Below, piece after piece: positions 41,801 through 55,200 of a stretch of DNA of 64,000 nucleotides. This stretch comes from the human T2T-CHM13v2.0 reference genome, Homo sapiens. The stretch's first letter is position 1, and every line of letters starts with the position of its first letter. The notes under the pieces are model-generated. The model saw only the letters and a list, made by a program, of their open reading frames with translations. It did not search any database and was not told the DNA's origin. A program made the position numbers and the translations under genes. The stretch lies in NCBI RefSeq assembly GCF_009914755.1, contig NC_060944.1; one strand, given 5' to 3'.

Positions 41801-44358
41801 TTTGATGGAGCAGTTTGGAAATCGTCATTTTGTAGAATCTGCAGAGGGACATTTTTGAGCCCATTGAGACCTATGGGGTGATAGGAAATATCTTTGCATA
41901 AAAACTAGACAGACACTTTCTGAGAAACTTCTTTGTGATGTGTGCTTTCATCTCACAGAGTTGAACCTTTCTTTTAATTGAGAATTTTGGAAACAGTCTT
42001 TTTATAGTATCTGCAAGTGGATATTTGGAGGGCTTTGAGGTCTATGGTGGAAAAGGACATATCTTCTGATTAAAACTATACAGAAGTATTCTGAGAAACT
42101 TTTTGTGATGTGTGCATTCATCTCACAGAGTTGAACCTTTCTTTTTATTGAGCAGTTTGGAAACAGTCTTTTTGTAGAATCTGCAAATGGATATAAGGAT
42201 CGTTTTGAGGTCTACAGTGGAAAATGGTATATCTTCACATAAAAACTAGACAGAATCTTTCTGAGGAACTTCTTTGTGATCTGTACATTCATCTTACAGT
42301 GGTGAACCTTTCTTTTGATTCAGCAGTTTTCAAACACTGTTTTTGTAGAATTTGCAAGTGGATATTTGGAGCGCTTAGGGGCCTATGGTGGAAAAGGAAA
42401 TATCTCCACATAAAAACTTGATGGAAGCATTCTGACAAACTTCTTTGATATGTGCATTCAACTCACAGAGTAGAACCTTTCTTTTGATTTCACAGTTTTG
42501 AAACACTCTTTTTGTAGAATCTGCAAGTGGATATTTGGAGCCCTTTGTGGCCCACAGTGGAAATGGAAATATCTTCACATAAAAACTAGACAGAAGCATT
42601 CTGAGAAAGTTCTTGGTGATGTGTGCAGTCATCTCACAGAGTTGAAGCATTCTTTTGACTGTGAAGTTTTGAAACACTCCTTTGTAGAATCTGCAAGTGG
42701 ACATTTGGAGCACTTTGAGGCCTATTGTGGAAAAGGAAATATCATCACGTAAAAACTACACAGAAGCATTCTGAGAAACGTCTTTTGATGTGTGCATTCA
42801 TCTCACAGAGTTGAACCATTCTTTTGATTGATTAGTTTGGAAACTGTCATTTTGTAGAATCTGCAAAGGGATATTTGTAAACCCACTGAGGCTTCTGGGG
42901 AAATAGAAAATACCTTCACATAAAAACTAGACAGATACTTTCTGAGAAACTTATTTGTCATGTGTGACTTCATCTCACCAGGTTGAAATTTTCTCTTGAT
43001 TGAGCAGTTTGGAAACAGTCTTTTTGTAGAATCTGCAAATGGATATTTGGAGTGCTTTTGGCCTATGTTGAAAAACAAAATATCTTCCCATAAAAACTAG
43101 GCAGAAGCTTTCTGAGAAACTTCTTTGTGCTGTGTGCATTCATCTCACAGATTTGAACTTTTCTTTTGATTGAGCAGTGTGGAAACACTCTTTTTGTAGA
43201 ATCTGCAAGTGGATATTTGGAGGGCTTTGCAGCCTATAGTGGAAAAGGAAATATCTTCACATAAAAGCTAGACAGAAGAATTCTGAGAAACTTCCTTTGA
43301 ATGTGTGCATTCATCTCACAGTGTTGAACCATTCTTTTGATTGAGCAACTTCGAAACAGTCATTTTGTAGAATATTCAAAGGAATATTTGTGAGCCCATT
43401 GAGGGCTCTGGGGAAATAGGAAATATCTTCACATAAAAACTAGACAGCAGCATTCTGAGAAACGTCTTTGTGATGTCTGCATTCATCTCACAGATTTGAA
43501 CATTTTTTTTGATTGAGCAGTCTTGAAACACTCTGTTTGTAGAATCTGCAAGTGGATATTTGGAGTGCTTAGAGGCCTATTGTGGAAAAGGAAATATCTT
43601 CACATAAAAACTAGATACAATCATTCTGAGGAACTTCTTTGTGATGTGGGCTTTCATCTCACAGAGTTGAAACTTTCTTTTCATTGAGCCGTTTGGAAAC
43701 AGTCTTTTTGTAGAATCTGCAAATGGATATTTGGAGCAGTTTGTGGCCTATGGTGAAAAAGGAAATATAAAAACCGGATTGAAGGTTGCTGAGAAACTTC
43801 TTTGAGATGTGTGCATTCATCTCACAAAGTTCAATAATTCTTTTTATTGAGCAGTTTGGAAACAGTCTTTTTGTAGAATCTACAAAGAGATATTTGTGAG
43901 GGCTTTGAGGTCTATGGTGAAAAAGGAAATATCTTCACAGAAAAACTATAAAGAAGGTTTCTGAGAAACTTCTTTGTGATGTGTGCATTCATCTCACACA
44001 TTTCAACCTTTCTTTTGATTGAGCAGTTTGGAAACAGTCTTTTTTAATATTCTTCAAGTGGATATTTGTGAGCACTTTGAGGCTCATGGTGAAAAAAGAA
44101 ACATTCACATAAAAACTTAATAGAAGCTTTCTGAGAAACTTCTTTTTGATGTGTGCATTCATCTCACAGAGTTGAACCTTTCTTTTGATGAGCACTGTGG
44201 AAACAGACTTTTTGTAGAATCTGCAAAGGGACAATTTTGAGCGCTTTGCTTCCAGTGGTGAAAAAGGAAATACCTTCACATAAAAACTAGACAGAATGTT
44301 TCTGAGAAACTGCTTTGTGATATGTGCATTCATCTCCCAGATGTGTCTGTTTCTTTTC

Positions 44359-44659
44359 TTTTTTTTTTTTTTTTTTTTTGAGACGGAGTCTCGCTGTCGC
44401 CCAGGCTGGAGTGCAGTGGCGCAATCTCGGCTCACTGCAGGCTCTGCCCCCTGAGGTTCACGCCATTCTCCTGCCTCAGCCTCCCGAGTAGCTGGGACTA
44501 CAGGCGCCCGCCACCTCGCCCGGCTAATTTTTTGTATTTTTAGTAGAGACGGGGTTTCACCGTGTTAGCCAGGATGGTCTCGATCTCCTGACCTCGTGAT
44601 CTGCCCGCCTCAGCCTCCCAAAGTGCTGGGATTACAGGGATGAGCCACCGCGCCCGGCC
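44359..44659 (-). mobile_element. Full-length AluY-lineage SINE, AluYe5-like
   Basis: GGCCGGGCGCGGTGGCTCA start on the minus strand and a 21-nt pure A tail (44359-44379). Variants GGGCGAGGTGG, GAGCCTGCAG, an extra base in the AACC..GGGG tract and the 2-bp deletion GACAGCGAGAC match my recollection of AluYe5. 16-bp TSD GTGTCTGTTTCTTTTC at 44343-44358 and 44660-44675. Confidence 0.93.
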
Positions 44660-46231
44660 GTGTCTGTTTCTTTTCATTGAGAAGATCGGAAACTCTTTTC
44701 TTGTAAAATCTGCAAAGGGATATTTGTGAGCCCTTGAAGGCGTATGGTGAAAAAGGAAATATCTTCACATAAAAACTACACAGAAGCTTTCTGAGAAACA
44801 TTGTGGTGATGTGAGCATTCATCTCACAGAGTTGAAACATTCTTTTGTTTGAGCAGTGTGTAACGAGTCTTTTTGTGGAATCTGCAAAGGGATATTTGTG
44901 AATGCTTTGAGGCCTATGGTGAAAAAGGAAATATCTTCACATAAAAACTAGAGAGAAGCTTTCTGAGAAACCTCTTTGTGGTGTGCATGCATCTCACAGA
45001 GTTGAACCTTTCTTTTGATTGAGCAATTTAGAAAAAGTAGTTTTGTAGAATCTGTAAAGGGATATTTGTGAACACTTTGAGGCCTATGGTGAAAAAGCAA
45101 GTATCTTCACATAAAATCTAGACAGAAGCATTCTGAGAAACTTCTTTGTGATGTGTGCATTCATCACACAGAGCTGAACCTTTGTTTTGATTGAGCAGTT
45201 TGGTAACTGTCTTTTTGTAGAATCTGCAAATGGATATTTGGAGCGCTTTGAGGCCTATGGTGAAAAAGGAAATATATTCACATAAAAACTAGACTGAAGG
45301 TTCCTGAGAAACTTCTTTGAGATGTGTGCACTCATCTCACAGTGTTCAAAAATTCTTTTTATTGAGTGGTTTGGAAACAGTCTTTTTGTAGAATCTGCAA
45401 ATGGATATTTGGAGCGCTTTGAGGCCTATGGTGAAAAAGGAAATATATTCACATAAAAACTAGACTGAAGGTTCCTGAGAAACTTCTTTGAGATGTGTGC
45501 ACTCATCTCACAGTGTTCAAAAATTCTTTTTATTGAGCAGTTTGGAAAAAGTCTTTTTGTACAATCTGCAAACGGATATTTAGGAGCGCATTGAGGCCTA
45601 TGGTGAAAAAGGAAATATCTTCACATTAAAAACTAGAAAGAAGCATTCTGAGAAGCTGCTTTAAGATATGTGTATATTCATCTCACAAAGGTAAACGTTA
45701 CTTTTTTTTGAGCAGTTTGTAAACTCTGTTATTCTAGAATCTGCAAAGGGAAATTTTTGAGTGCTTTGAGACCCACGATGAAAAAGGAACTATCTTCACA
45801 TAAAAACTAGTGAGAAGCTTGCTGAGAAACTACTTTCTGATGTGTGCATTCATCTAACAGAGTTGAAACTTTCTTTTGATTGAGCAGTTTGGAAATAGTC
45901 TTTTTGTAGTTTCTGCAAAGGCATATTTGGGAGTGAGTTGAGGCCTATGTTCAAAAAAGAAATATCTTCACATAAAAACGAGAAGGAAGTTTTCTGGGAA
46001 ACTTCTTTGTGATGTGCACATTCGTCTCACAGGGTTGAACCACTCTGTTTATTGAGCAGTTTGGAAACAGTCTTTTCATAGAATCTGCAAAGGGATATCT
46101 GGGAGAACATTGAGGCATATGGTGGAAAAGGAAATATCTTCACATAAAAAGTAGAAAGAAATTTTCTGAGTAGTTCCTTTGTGACGTGTGCATTCATCAC
46201 ACAGAAGTAAAATTTCTTACCATTGAGCAGT

Positions 46232-49200
46232 TAGTTTTTATGTGAAGATATTTCCGTTTTCAACATAGACCTCAAACCACCTACATATATCCCTTTGCAG
46301 ATTCTATAAAAAGACTGTTTCCAAAAGGCTCAAAGAAAGCTTCCACTCTGCAAGATGAATGCACACATCACAGAGAAGTTTCTCAGAAAGTTTCTGTCTA
46401 GTTTTTATTTGTTGATACTCCCTTTTTCACCATAGGCCTCAAACTGCTCATAAATAACCCTTTGCATATTCTACAAAAAGACTGTTTCCAAACTACTCAA
46501 TCAAAAGAAAGGTTCAAATCTGTGAGGTGAATGCACATATCACAAAAAAAGTTTCTCAGAAAGCTTCTATCTAGCTTTTATTTGAAGATGTTTCCTTTTT
46601 CAATGTAGGCCTCAAAGTGCTCACAAACGTCCCTTTATAGGTTTTACAAAAAGACTGATTCCAAACTGCTCAACCAAAACAAAGCTCCAACTCTTTGATA
46701 TGAATGCACACATCACAAAGAAGTTTCTCAGAAAGCTTCTGTCCAGTTTTTATGTGAAGATATTTCCTTTTTCACCATAAGTCTCAACACATTCAAATTA
46801 TCACTTTGAAGATTCTACAAAAAGACATTTTCCAACCTGCTCTATCTAAAAAAAGGTTCAACTCTGTGAGAAGAATGCACACATCAAAAAGAAGTTTCTC
46901 AGAATGCTTCTGTCTAGTTTTTATGTGAAGACATTTCCTTTTTCACCATAGGCCAAAAAGGGATCCCAAATATCCCTTTGTACATTCTACAAAAGGACTG
47001 TTTCCTAACTGCTCAATCCAAAGACAGGTTCAACTCTTTGGGATGAATGCACACATCACAACGAAGTTTCTCAGAAAGCTTCTGTCTAGTTTTTGTGTGA
47101 AGACATTTCTTTTTTCACTGTAGGCTTCAAAGGGCTCACAAATATCGCAAAGCAGATTCTACAAAAAGACTCTATCCAAATTGGTCAATGAAAAGAACAC
47201 TTCAAATCTGTGAGATGAATGATCACATCACAAAGAATTTTCTCAGAAAACTTCTGTCTAGTTTTTATGTGAAGATATTACCGTTTTCACCACAGACCTG
47301 AAACTGCCTACATATATCCCTTTGCAAATTCTACAAAAAGATTGTTTCCAAACTGTTCAATCAAAGAAAGCTTCTACTCTGTGAGATGAATGCAGACATC
47401 ACAGAGAAGTTTCTCAGAAAGTTTCTGTCTAGTTCTTATTTGTCAATACTCCCTTTTTCACCACAGGCCTCAAACTGCTCATAAATAATCCTTTGCAGAT
47501 TCTACAAAAGGACTGTTTCCAAACTGCTCAATCAAACGAAACTTCAGCTGTGTGAGATGAATGCACACATCACAAAGAAGTTTCTCAGAACGTTTCTGTC
47601 TAGTTTTTATGTGAAGATACTTCTTTTTCACCATAAACCTCAAAGCGTTCACAAATTTTCCTTTGCAGATTCTATGAAAAGACTGTTTCCAAAGTGCTCA
47701 ATCAAAAGAAACATTCAACTCTGTGTGATGAATGCACACATCACAAAGAAGTTTCTCAGAAGGCTTCTGTCTAGATTTTATTTTTGGATATTTCCTTTTT
47801 CACAATAGGCCTCAAAAAACTCACAAATATCCCTTTGCATATGCTACAAAAAGACTGTTTTCAAACTGCTCAATGAAAGAAAATTCAACTCTGTGAGATG
47901 AATGCATACATCACAAAGTGATTTCTCAGAATGCTTCTCTCTAGTTTTTATATGAAGATATTTCTTTTTTCACCACATGCCTCAAACTGCTCAAAAACAT
48001 CCCTTTGCTGATTCTCCAAAAAGACTGTTTCCGAACTGCTCAATCAAAAGAAAGATTAAACTCTTTGAGATGCATACACCCATCACAAAGAAGTTTCCCA
48101 GAAAACATGAGTCTAGTTTTTACGTGAAGATATTTCCTTTTTCACCATAAGCCTCAAAGCATTCACAAATATCACTTTGCAGCTTCTACGAAAAGACTGT
48201 TTCCAAACTGCTCAATCAAAAGAAAGTTTCAACCCTGTGAGATGAATGCACACATCACAAAGAAGTTTTTCAGAAAGCTGCTGTCTACATTTTATTTTTC
48301 GATATTTCCTTTTTCACCATAGGACTCAAACTGCTGAAATATATCACTTTGCAGATTCTACAAAAAGACAGTTTCCAAACTGCCCAATGAAAAGAAAGGT
48401 TCAACTCTCTGAAATGAATGCACACATCACAAAGAAGTTTCTCAGAATGCTTCTCTCTAGGTTTTATGTGAAGATATTTCCTTTTTCACCTCAGACCTCA
48501 AACCACTCATAAATATCCCTTTGCATATTCTACAAAAAGATTGTTTCCAACCCAATAAGTCAGAAGAAAGTTTCAACTCTGTGAAATGAATACACACATC
48601 ACAAGGAAGTTGCTCAGAAAGATTCTGTCTAGTTTTTATGTGAAGATATTTCCTTTTCACCATATGCCTCAAAACGCCTTCAAATATCCCTTTACAGATT
48701 CTACAAAAAGACTGTTTTTGAGCTGATGAATCAAAACAAATATTCAACTATGTGAGATGAATGCATACATCCTAAACTAGTTTCTCAGAAAGCTTCTCTA
48801 TAGGTTTAGGTGAAGATATTTCCTTTTTCACCATAAGCCTGAGAGCGTTCACAGATATCACTTTGCAGATTGTACAAAAAGACTGTTTAAAAACTGCTCA
48901 ATCAAAATAAAAGTTCAACTATGTGAGATGAATGCACACATCACAAAGAAGTTTCTCAGAAAGCTTCTGTTTAGATTTTACTTGTGGATAATTCCTTTTT
49001 CACCATAGGTCTCAAACCACTCACAAATATTCCTTGCAGTTTCTAAAAAAGACTGTTTCCAAACTACTCAATCAAAAGAAAGGTTCAACTCTGTGAGGTG
49101 AACACACACATCACAAAGAAGTTTCTCAGAAAGCTTCTGTCTAGTTTTTATGTGAAGATAATTCCTTTTACAACATAGGCCTCAATGGGCTCACAAATAT

Positions 49201-52200
49201 CCCTATGCAGATTCTACAAAAAGACTGCTTCCAAACTGCTCAATCAAAAGAAAGATTCAACTTTGTGCATTTAATGAACACATCACAAAGATGTTTCTCA
49301 GAATCCTTCTGTCTAGTTTTTATGTGAAGATATCTCCTTTTTCACCATAGTTCTCAAACCTCTCACAAATATCCCTCTGCAGATTTTCAAAAAGATTGTT
49401 TCCAGAGTGCTCAATCAAAAGAAAGATTCACATCTGTTAAATGAATGCACACATCAGAAAGAAGTTTCTCAAAATGTTTCTGTCTAGTTTTAATGTGAAG
49501 ATATTTCCTTTTTAACTTTAGTCCACAAACCGCTCACAAATATCCCTCTGCATATTCTACAAAAAGACTGTTTCCAAACTGCTCAATCAAAAGAAAGTTT
49601 CAACTCCGTGAGATGAATTCACAAATCACAAAGAAGTTTCTCAGAAAGCTTCTGTCTAGTTTTTATGTGAAGATATTTCCTTTTTCACCATAGGCCTCAA
49701 AGCCCACAAAATATCCTTTTGCAGATTCTACAAAAAGACTGTTTCCAAACTGCTCAATCAAAACAAAGGTTCAACTCTGTGAGATGAACACACATATCAC
49801 AAAGAAGTTACTCAGAAAGTTTCTGACAAGTTTTTATGTGAAGATATTTCCTATTTCACCATAGGCCTCAAAGGGCTCACAAATATCCCATTTCAGATTC
49901 TGCAAAAACACTGTTTGCAAACTGCTTAATGAAAACAAAAGTTAATCTCTGTGAGATGAATGCACACATCACAAAGAACTTTCTCAGAATGCTTCTCTCT
50001 AGTCTTTATGTGAAGATAGTTCCTTTTTCACCATAGGCCTCAAACTGCTCAAAAATATCCCTCTGTAGATCCTACAAAAAAATTGTTTCCAAACTGCTCA
50101 ATCTAAAGAAAGTTTCAACTCTGTGAGATGAATGTACACATCAGAAAGAAGTTTGTCAGAAAGCTTCTGTCTAGTTTTTATTTGAAGACACTTCCTATTT
50201 CACCCTAGGATCAAATTGCTCCAAATATCCATTTGCATTTTCTACAAAAAAGAGTGTTTCCAAACTGCTCTATCAAAAGAAAGGTTCAACTCTGTGAGAT
50301 GAATGCACACATCACAAAGAAGTTTCTCAGAATGCTTCTGTCTAGTTTTTATGTGAGCACATTTCCTTTTTCAACATAGGCCTTAAACTACTTACAAATA
50401 TCTCTCTGCAGATACTCAAAACAGACTGTTTCCAAACTGCTCAATCAAAATAAATGTTCAACTCTGTGAGATGAATGCACACACAACACAGAAGTTTCTC
50501 GGAAGGCTTCTGTCTAGTTTTTATGTGAAGATATTTCCTGTTTCAACAGAGGCTTCAATTGGTTCAGAAATATCTTTTTGCAGGTTATACAAAAGGATTG
50601 TTTCCAAACAGCTCAATCAAAAGAAAGGTTCAAATCCGTGTGATGAATAAACACATTACGAAATTTTCAGAATGCTTCTGTCTAGTTTTTATGTGATGAT
50701 ATTTCTTCATCTCCATAGGCCTCAAAATGCTCAGATATATACCACTGCAGATACTACAAAAAGACTGTTTCCAATCTGCTAAATCAAAAGAAAAGTTCTG
50801 CTCTGTGAGATGAAAGCACACATCATAAGGAAGTTTCCCAGAATGCTTCTGTCTAGTTTTCTGTGAAGATATTTCCTTTTTCACCATAGGCTGCAAACCA
50901 TTCACAAATATCCCTATGCAGTTAGTACAAAAAGACTGTTTCTGAATTGTGCATTCATAAGAAAGGTTCTACACTGTGAGAGTAATACACATGTCAGAAA
51001 GAAGTTTCTCAGAATGTTCTGTCTAGTTTTTATGTGAAGATATTTCCTATTTCACCTTAGTCCTCAAAGGACTGACAAATACCCCTTTGCAGATTCTACA
51101 ATAAGACTTTTTCCAAACTGATCAACGAAAAGAAAGGTTCAACTCTGATCAAGGAATGGACACCACACAAAGAAGTTTCTCAGAGTGCATCTGTCTAGTT
51201 ATTATGTGAAGACATTTGTTTTTCACCATAGGCCTCAAACAGCTCAGAAATATCCCGTTGCAGATTGTACAAAAAGACTGTTTCCAAACTGCTCAATCAA
51301 AACAAAGGTTTGACACTGTGAAATGAATACACTCATCACAAAGACGTTTCTCAGAATGCTTCTGTTTAGTTTTTATGTGAAGATATTTCCTTTTTCACCA
51401 TAGGCCTCAAAGCACTCCAAATATCCATTTGTAGATTCTACAAAAAGAGTGTTTCTAAACTGCTCAATCAAAAGGAAGATTCAACTCTGTGAGATGAATG
51501 CAAACATCATAAAGTAGTTTCTCAGAATGCTTCTGTCTAGTTTTTATGTGAAGATATTTCCTTTTTCACCATAGGCCTTAAACTGCTCACAAATATGCCT
51601 CTGCAGATACTACAAAAAGACTGTTTCCAAACTGCTCAATCAAAAGAAAGGTTCGACTCTGTGAGATGAAAGCACAAATCACAAAGAAGTTACTCAGAAT
51701 GCTTCTTTTTAGTTTTTCTGTGAAGGTATTTCCTATTACACCATGGGCCTCAAAGGGCTCACAAATATCCCTTTGCAGATTCTACAAAAAGACTGTTACA
51801 GAACTGCTCAATGAAAACTAAGTTTCAACTCTGTGAGATAAATGCACACCTAAAAAAGAAGTTTCTCAGAATGCTTCTGTCTAGTTTTTATGTGAAGATA
51901 TTTCTTTTTCATCATAGGCCTCAAACCGCTCAGAAATATCCCTATGCAGATTTTACAAAAAGACTGTTTCCAAACTGTTTAATGAAAAGAAAGATTATAC
52001 TCTGTAAGATGAAAGCACACATTAAAAAGAATTGTCTCAGAAAGTTTCTATCTAGTTTATATGTGAAGATATTTCCTCTTTCATCATAGGCCTCAAAGGG
52101 CTCAAAAATATCCCTTTTCAGATACTACAAAAGGCCTCTTTCCAAACTGCTCAATCAAAAGAAAGTTTCAACTCTGTGAGATGAAAGCACACATCACAAA

Positions 52201-55200
52201 TAAGTTTCTCAGAATGTTTGTCTAGTTGTTAAGTGAAGATATTTCCTATTTCACTATAGGCCATAAAGGGATCACAAATATCCCTTTGCAGAATCTACAA
52301 AAAGACTGTTTCCAAACAGCTCAATTAAAACAAAGGTTCAACTGTATGAGATGAATGGACACATCACAAAGTAGTTTCTCAGAAAGCTTCTGTCTAGTTT
52401 TTATGGGAAGATATGTCTTTTTCACCATAAGCCTCAGATGGCTAAGGAATATCCCTTTACAGATTGCACAAAAAGACTGTTTCCAAATTGCTCAATGAAA
52501 AGAAAGGTTCAAATGTGTGAGATGAATGCACACATCATAAAGAAGTTTCTCAGAATGGTTCTGTCTAGTTTTTATGTGAAGATATTTTCTTTTTCACCAT
52601 AGGCCTTAAACCGCTCCCAAATATCCCTCTGCAGATACTACAAAAAGGCTGCTTGAAAACTGCTCAATCAAAAGAAACTTTCAACTCTGTGAGATGACTG
52701 CACACGTCACAAAGAAGTTTCTCAAAATGCTTTTGTCTAGTTTTTATGTGAAGAGATTTCCTTTTTCACCACAGGCCTCAAAGTGCTCCAAATATCCATT
52801 TGCAGATTCTACAAAAAGACTGTTTCCGAACAGCTACATGAAAAGAAAGGTTCAACTCTGTGAGATAAATGCACACATGAAAAAGAGGTTTCTCAGAATG
52901 CTTCTGGCTAGTTTTTATCTGTCATATTTGTTTTTCTCCATAGGCCTCAAACCATTCAGAAATATCCCTTTACATATTGTACAAAAAGACTGTTTCCAAA
53001 CTGTCAAATGAAAAGAAAGGTTCAACTCTATGAGATGAACGCAAACATCACAAAGAAGTTTCTCAGAAAGTTTCTATCTAGTTTTTATGTGAAGATAGTT
53101 CCTTCTTCACAATAGGCTCAAAGCGCCTCAAATATCAATTTGCAGATTCTACAAAAAGACTGTTTCCAAACCGCTCAATCAAAAGAAAGGTTCAACTCTG
53201 TGAGATGAATGCACACATCACAAAGAAGTTTTTCAGAAAGGTTCTGTTTAGTTTTATGTGAAGATATTTCCTTTTTCAACATAGGCTTCAAAGCACTCCA
53301 CACATCCATTTGCAGATTCTACAAAAAGAGTGTTTCCAAACTGCTCAATCAAAAATAATGTTCAACTCTGTGAGATGAAAACACACATCATAAAGAAGTT
53401 TCTCATAATGCTTCTGTCTAGTTTTTATGTGAAGATATTTCGTATTTCACCATAGGCATCAAAGAGCTCACAAATATCCCCTTGCAGACTCTACAAAAAG
53501 ACTGTTTTTGAACTGCTCCATGCAAAGAAAGTTTCAACTCTGTGAGACAAATGTACACATAAAAAAGCAGTTTGTCAGAATGCTTCTGTCTAGTATTTAT
53601 ATGTAGATATTTCTTTTTCAACATAGGCATCAAACCGTTCAGAAATATCCCTTTGTAGATTGTACAAAAAGACTGTTTCCAAACTGCTCAATTAAAAGAA
53701 ATGTTCAACACTGTGAGATGAATGCACACATCACAAAGAAGTTTCTCAGAATGCTTCTGTCTAGTTTTTATATGAAGATATTTCTTTATCACCATAGGCC
53801 TCAAACCCCTCAGAAATATCCCTTTTCAGATTGTAGAAAAAGACTGTTTCCTAACTGCTCAATCTAAAGGATGGTTCAACTCTGTGAGATGAAAGCACAC
53901 ATCACAAAGAAGTTTCTCAGAAAGCTTCTGTCTAGTTTTTATGTGAAGATACTTCCCTTCTAACGATAGGCCTCAGAGTGATCCAAATATCGATTTGCAG
54001 ATTCTACAAAAGACTGTTTCCAAACTGCTCAATAAAAAGAAATTTTTAACTCTGTGAGATGAAAGCATACATCACAAAGAAGTTACTCAGACAGCTTCTG
54101 TCTAGTTTTTATGTGAAGATATTTCCTATTTCATCTGAGGCCACAAAGGACTCACAAATATCACTTTGCAGATTCTATAAAAAGACTTTTTCCAAATTGC
54201 TCAATCAAAAGAAAGGTTCAACTCTGTGAGATGAATGGACACATCACAAAGAAGTTTCTCATAATGCTACTGTCTACTTTTCATGTGAAGATATTTCTCT
54301 TTCACCATAGGACTCTAATGGCTCTGAAATATCCCTTTCCATATTGTACAATAATACTCTTTCCAAAATGCTCAATCAAAAGTAACATTCAACTCTGTCA
54401 GATGAATGTAGACATCACAAACAAGTTTCTCAGAAAGTTTCTGTTTAGTTTTTATGTGAAGATATTTCTTTTTTCACCATGGGCCTCAAAGTGCTCCAAA
54501 TATCCATTTACGGATTCTACAAAAAGAGTCTTTCTAAACTGCTCAAATAAAAGACACTTTCAACTTTGTGAAATGAAAGCACACATCACAAAGAAGTTTC
54601 TTAGAAAGCTTCTGTCTAGTTATTATGTGAAGATATTTTGTATTTCACCATTGGCCTCAATGGGCTCAGAAATATCCCTTTTCATATTCTACAAAAGGAC
54701 TGTTTCCAAACTGCTCAAACTAAAGAAAGATTCAACTCTGTGAGATGAATGCACACATCACAAAAGTTTCTCAGAATGCTTCTGTCTAGTTTTCATGTGA
54801 AGATATTTCCTTTTTCACCATAGGCCTCAAACTGCTCACAAATATCCCCCTGCAGATACTACAAAAAAGACTGTTTCCAAACTGCTCAATCAAAATAAAT
54901 GTTCAACTCTGTGAGACGAATGCACACGTCACAAAGAAGTTTCAGAGAATGCTTCTGTCTACTTCTTATGTGAATATAATTCATTTTTCACGATAGGCCT
55001 CAAAACTCTCCAAATATCTATTTGCAGATTCCAGAAAACGAATGCTTCCAAACTGCTCAATCAAAAGAAAGTTTCAACTCTTTGAGATGAAAGCACACAT
55101 CACAAAGAAGTTTCTTAGAAAGATTCTGTCTAGTTGTTATGTGAAGATATTTCATATTTCACCATAGGCCTCAATGGTTCAGAAATATCCCTTTGCAGGT

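Larger units (their letters stand above)
12756..46232 (+). repeat. Alpha-satellite block 3 (~33.5 kb, several layers), interrupted by an L1 and an Alu
   Basis: 171-bp units in the CATTCTGAGAAAC orientation. Layers: GGACATTT/ACTAGACAG to ~19.8 kb; GGATATTT/ACTACACAG/CCTATTGTGG at ~19.8-35.7 kb; mixed with GGGATATTTGTGAGCCCATTG monomers at ~36-43.5 kb; AAACAGTCTTTTT/GGTGAAAAAGG type afterwards. Confidence 0.97.

Noticed and set aside
43989-44840. Alu-alphoid fusion ORFs, one with a poly-Lys run
   Set aside because: Read-through of the Alu and its poly(A) tail
12756-46232. Simple inversion of the central block
   Set aside because: Flipping it back restores neither monomer register nor layer continuity
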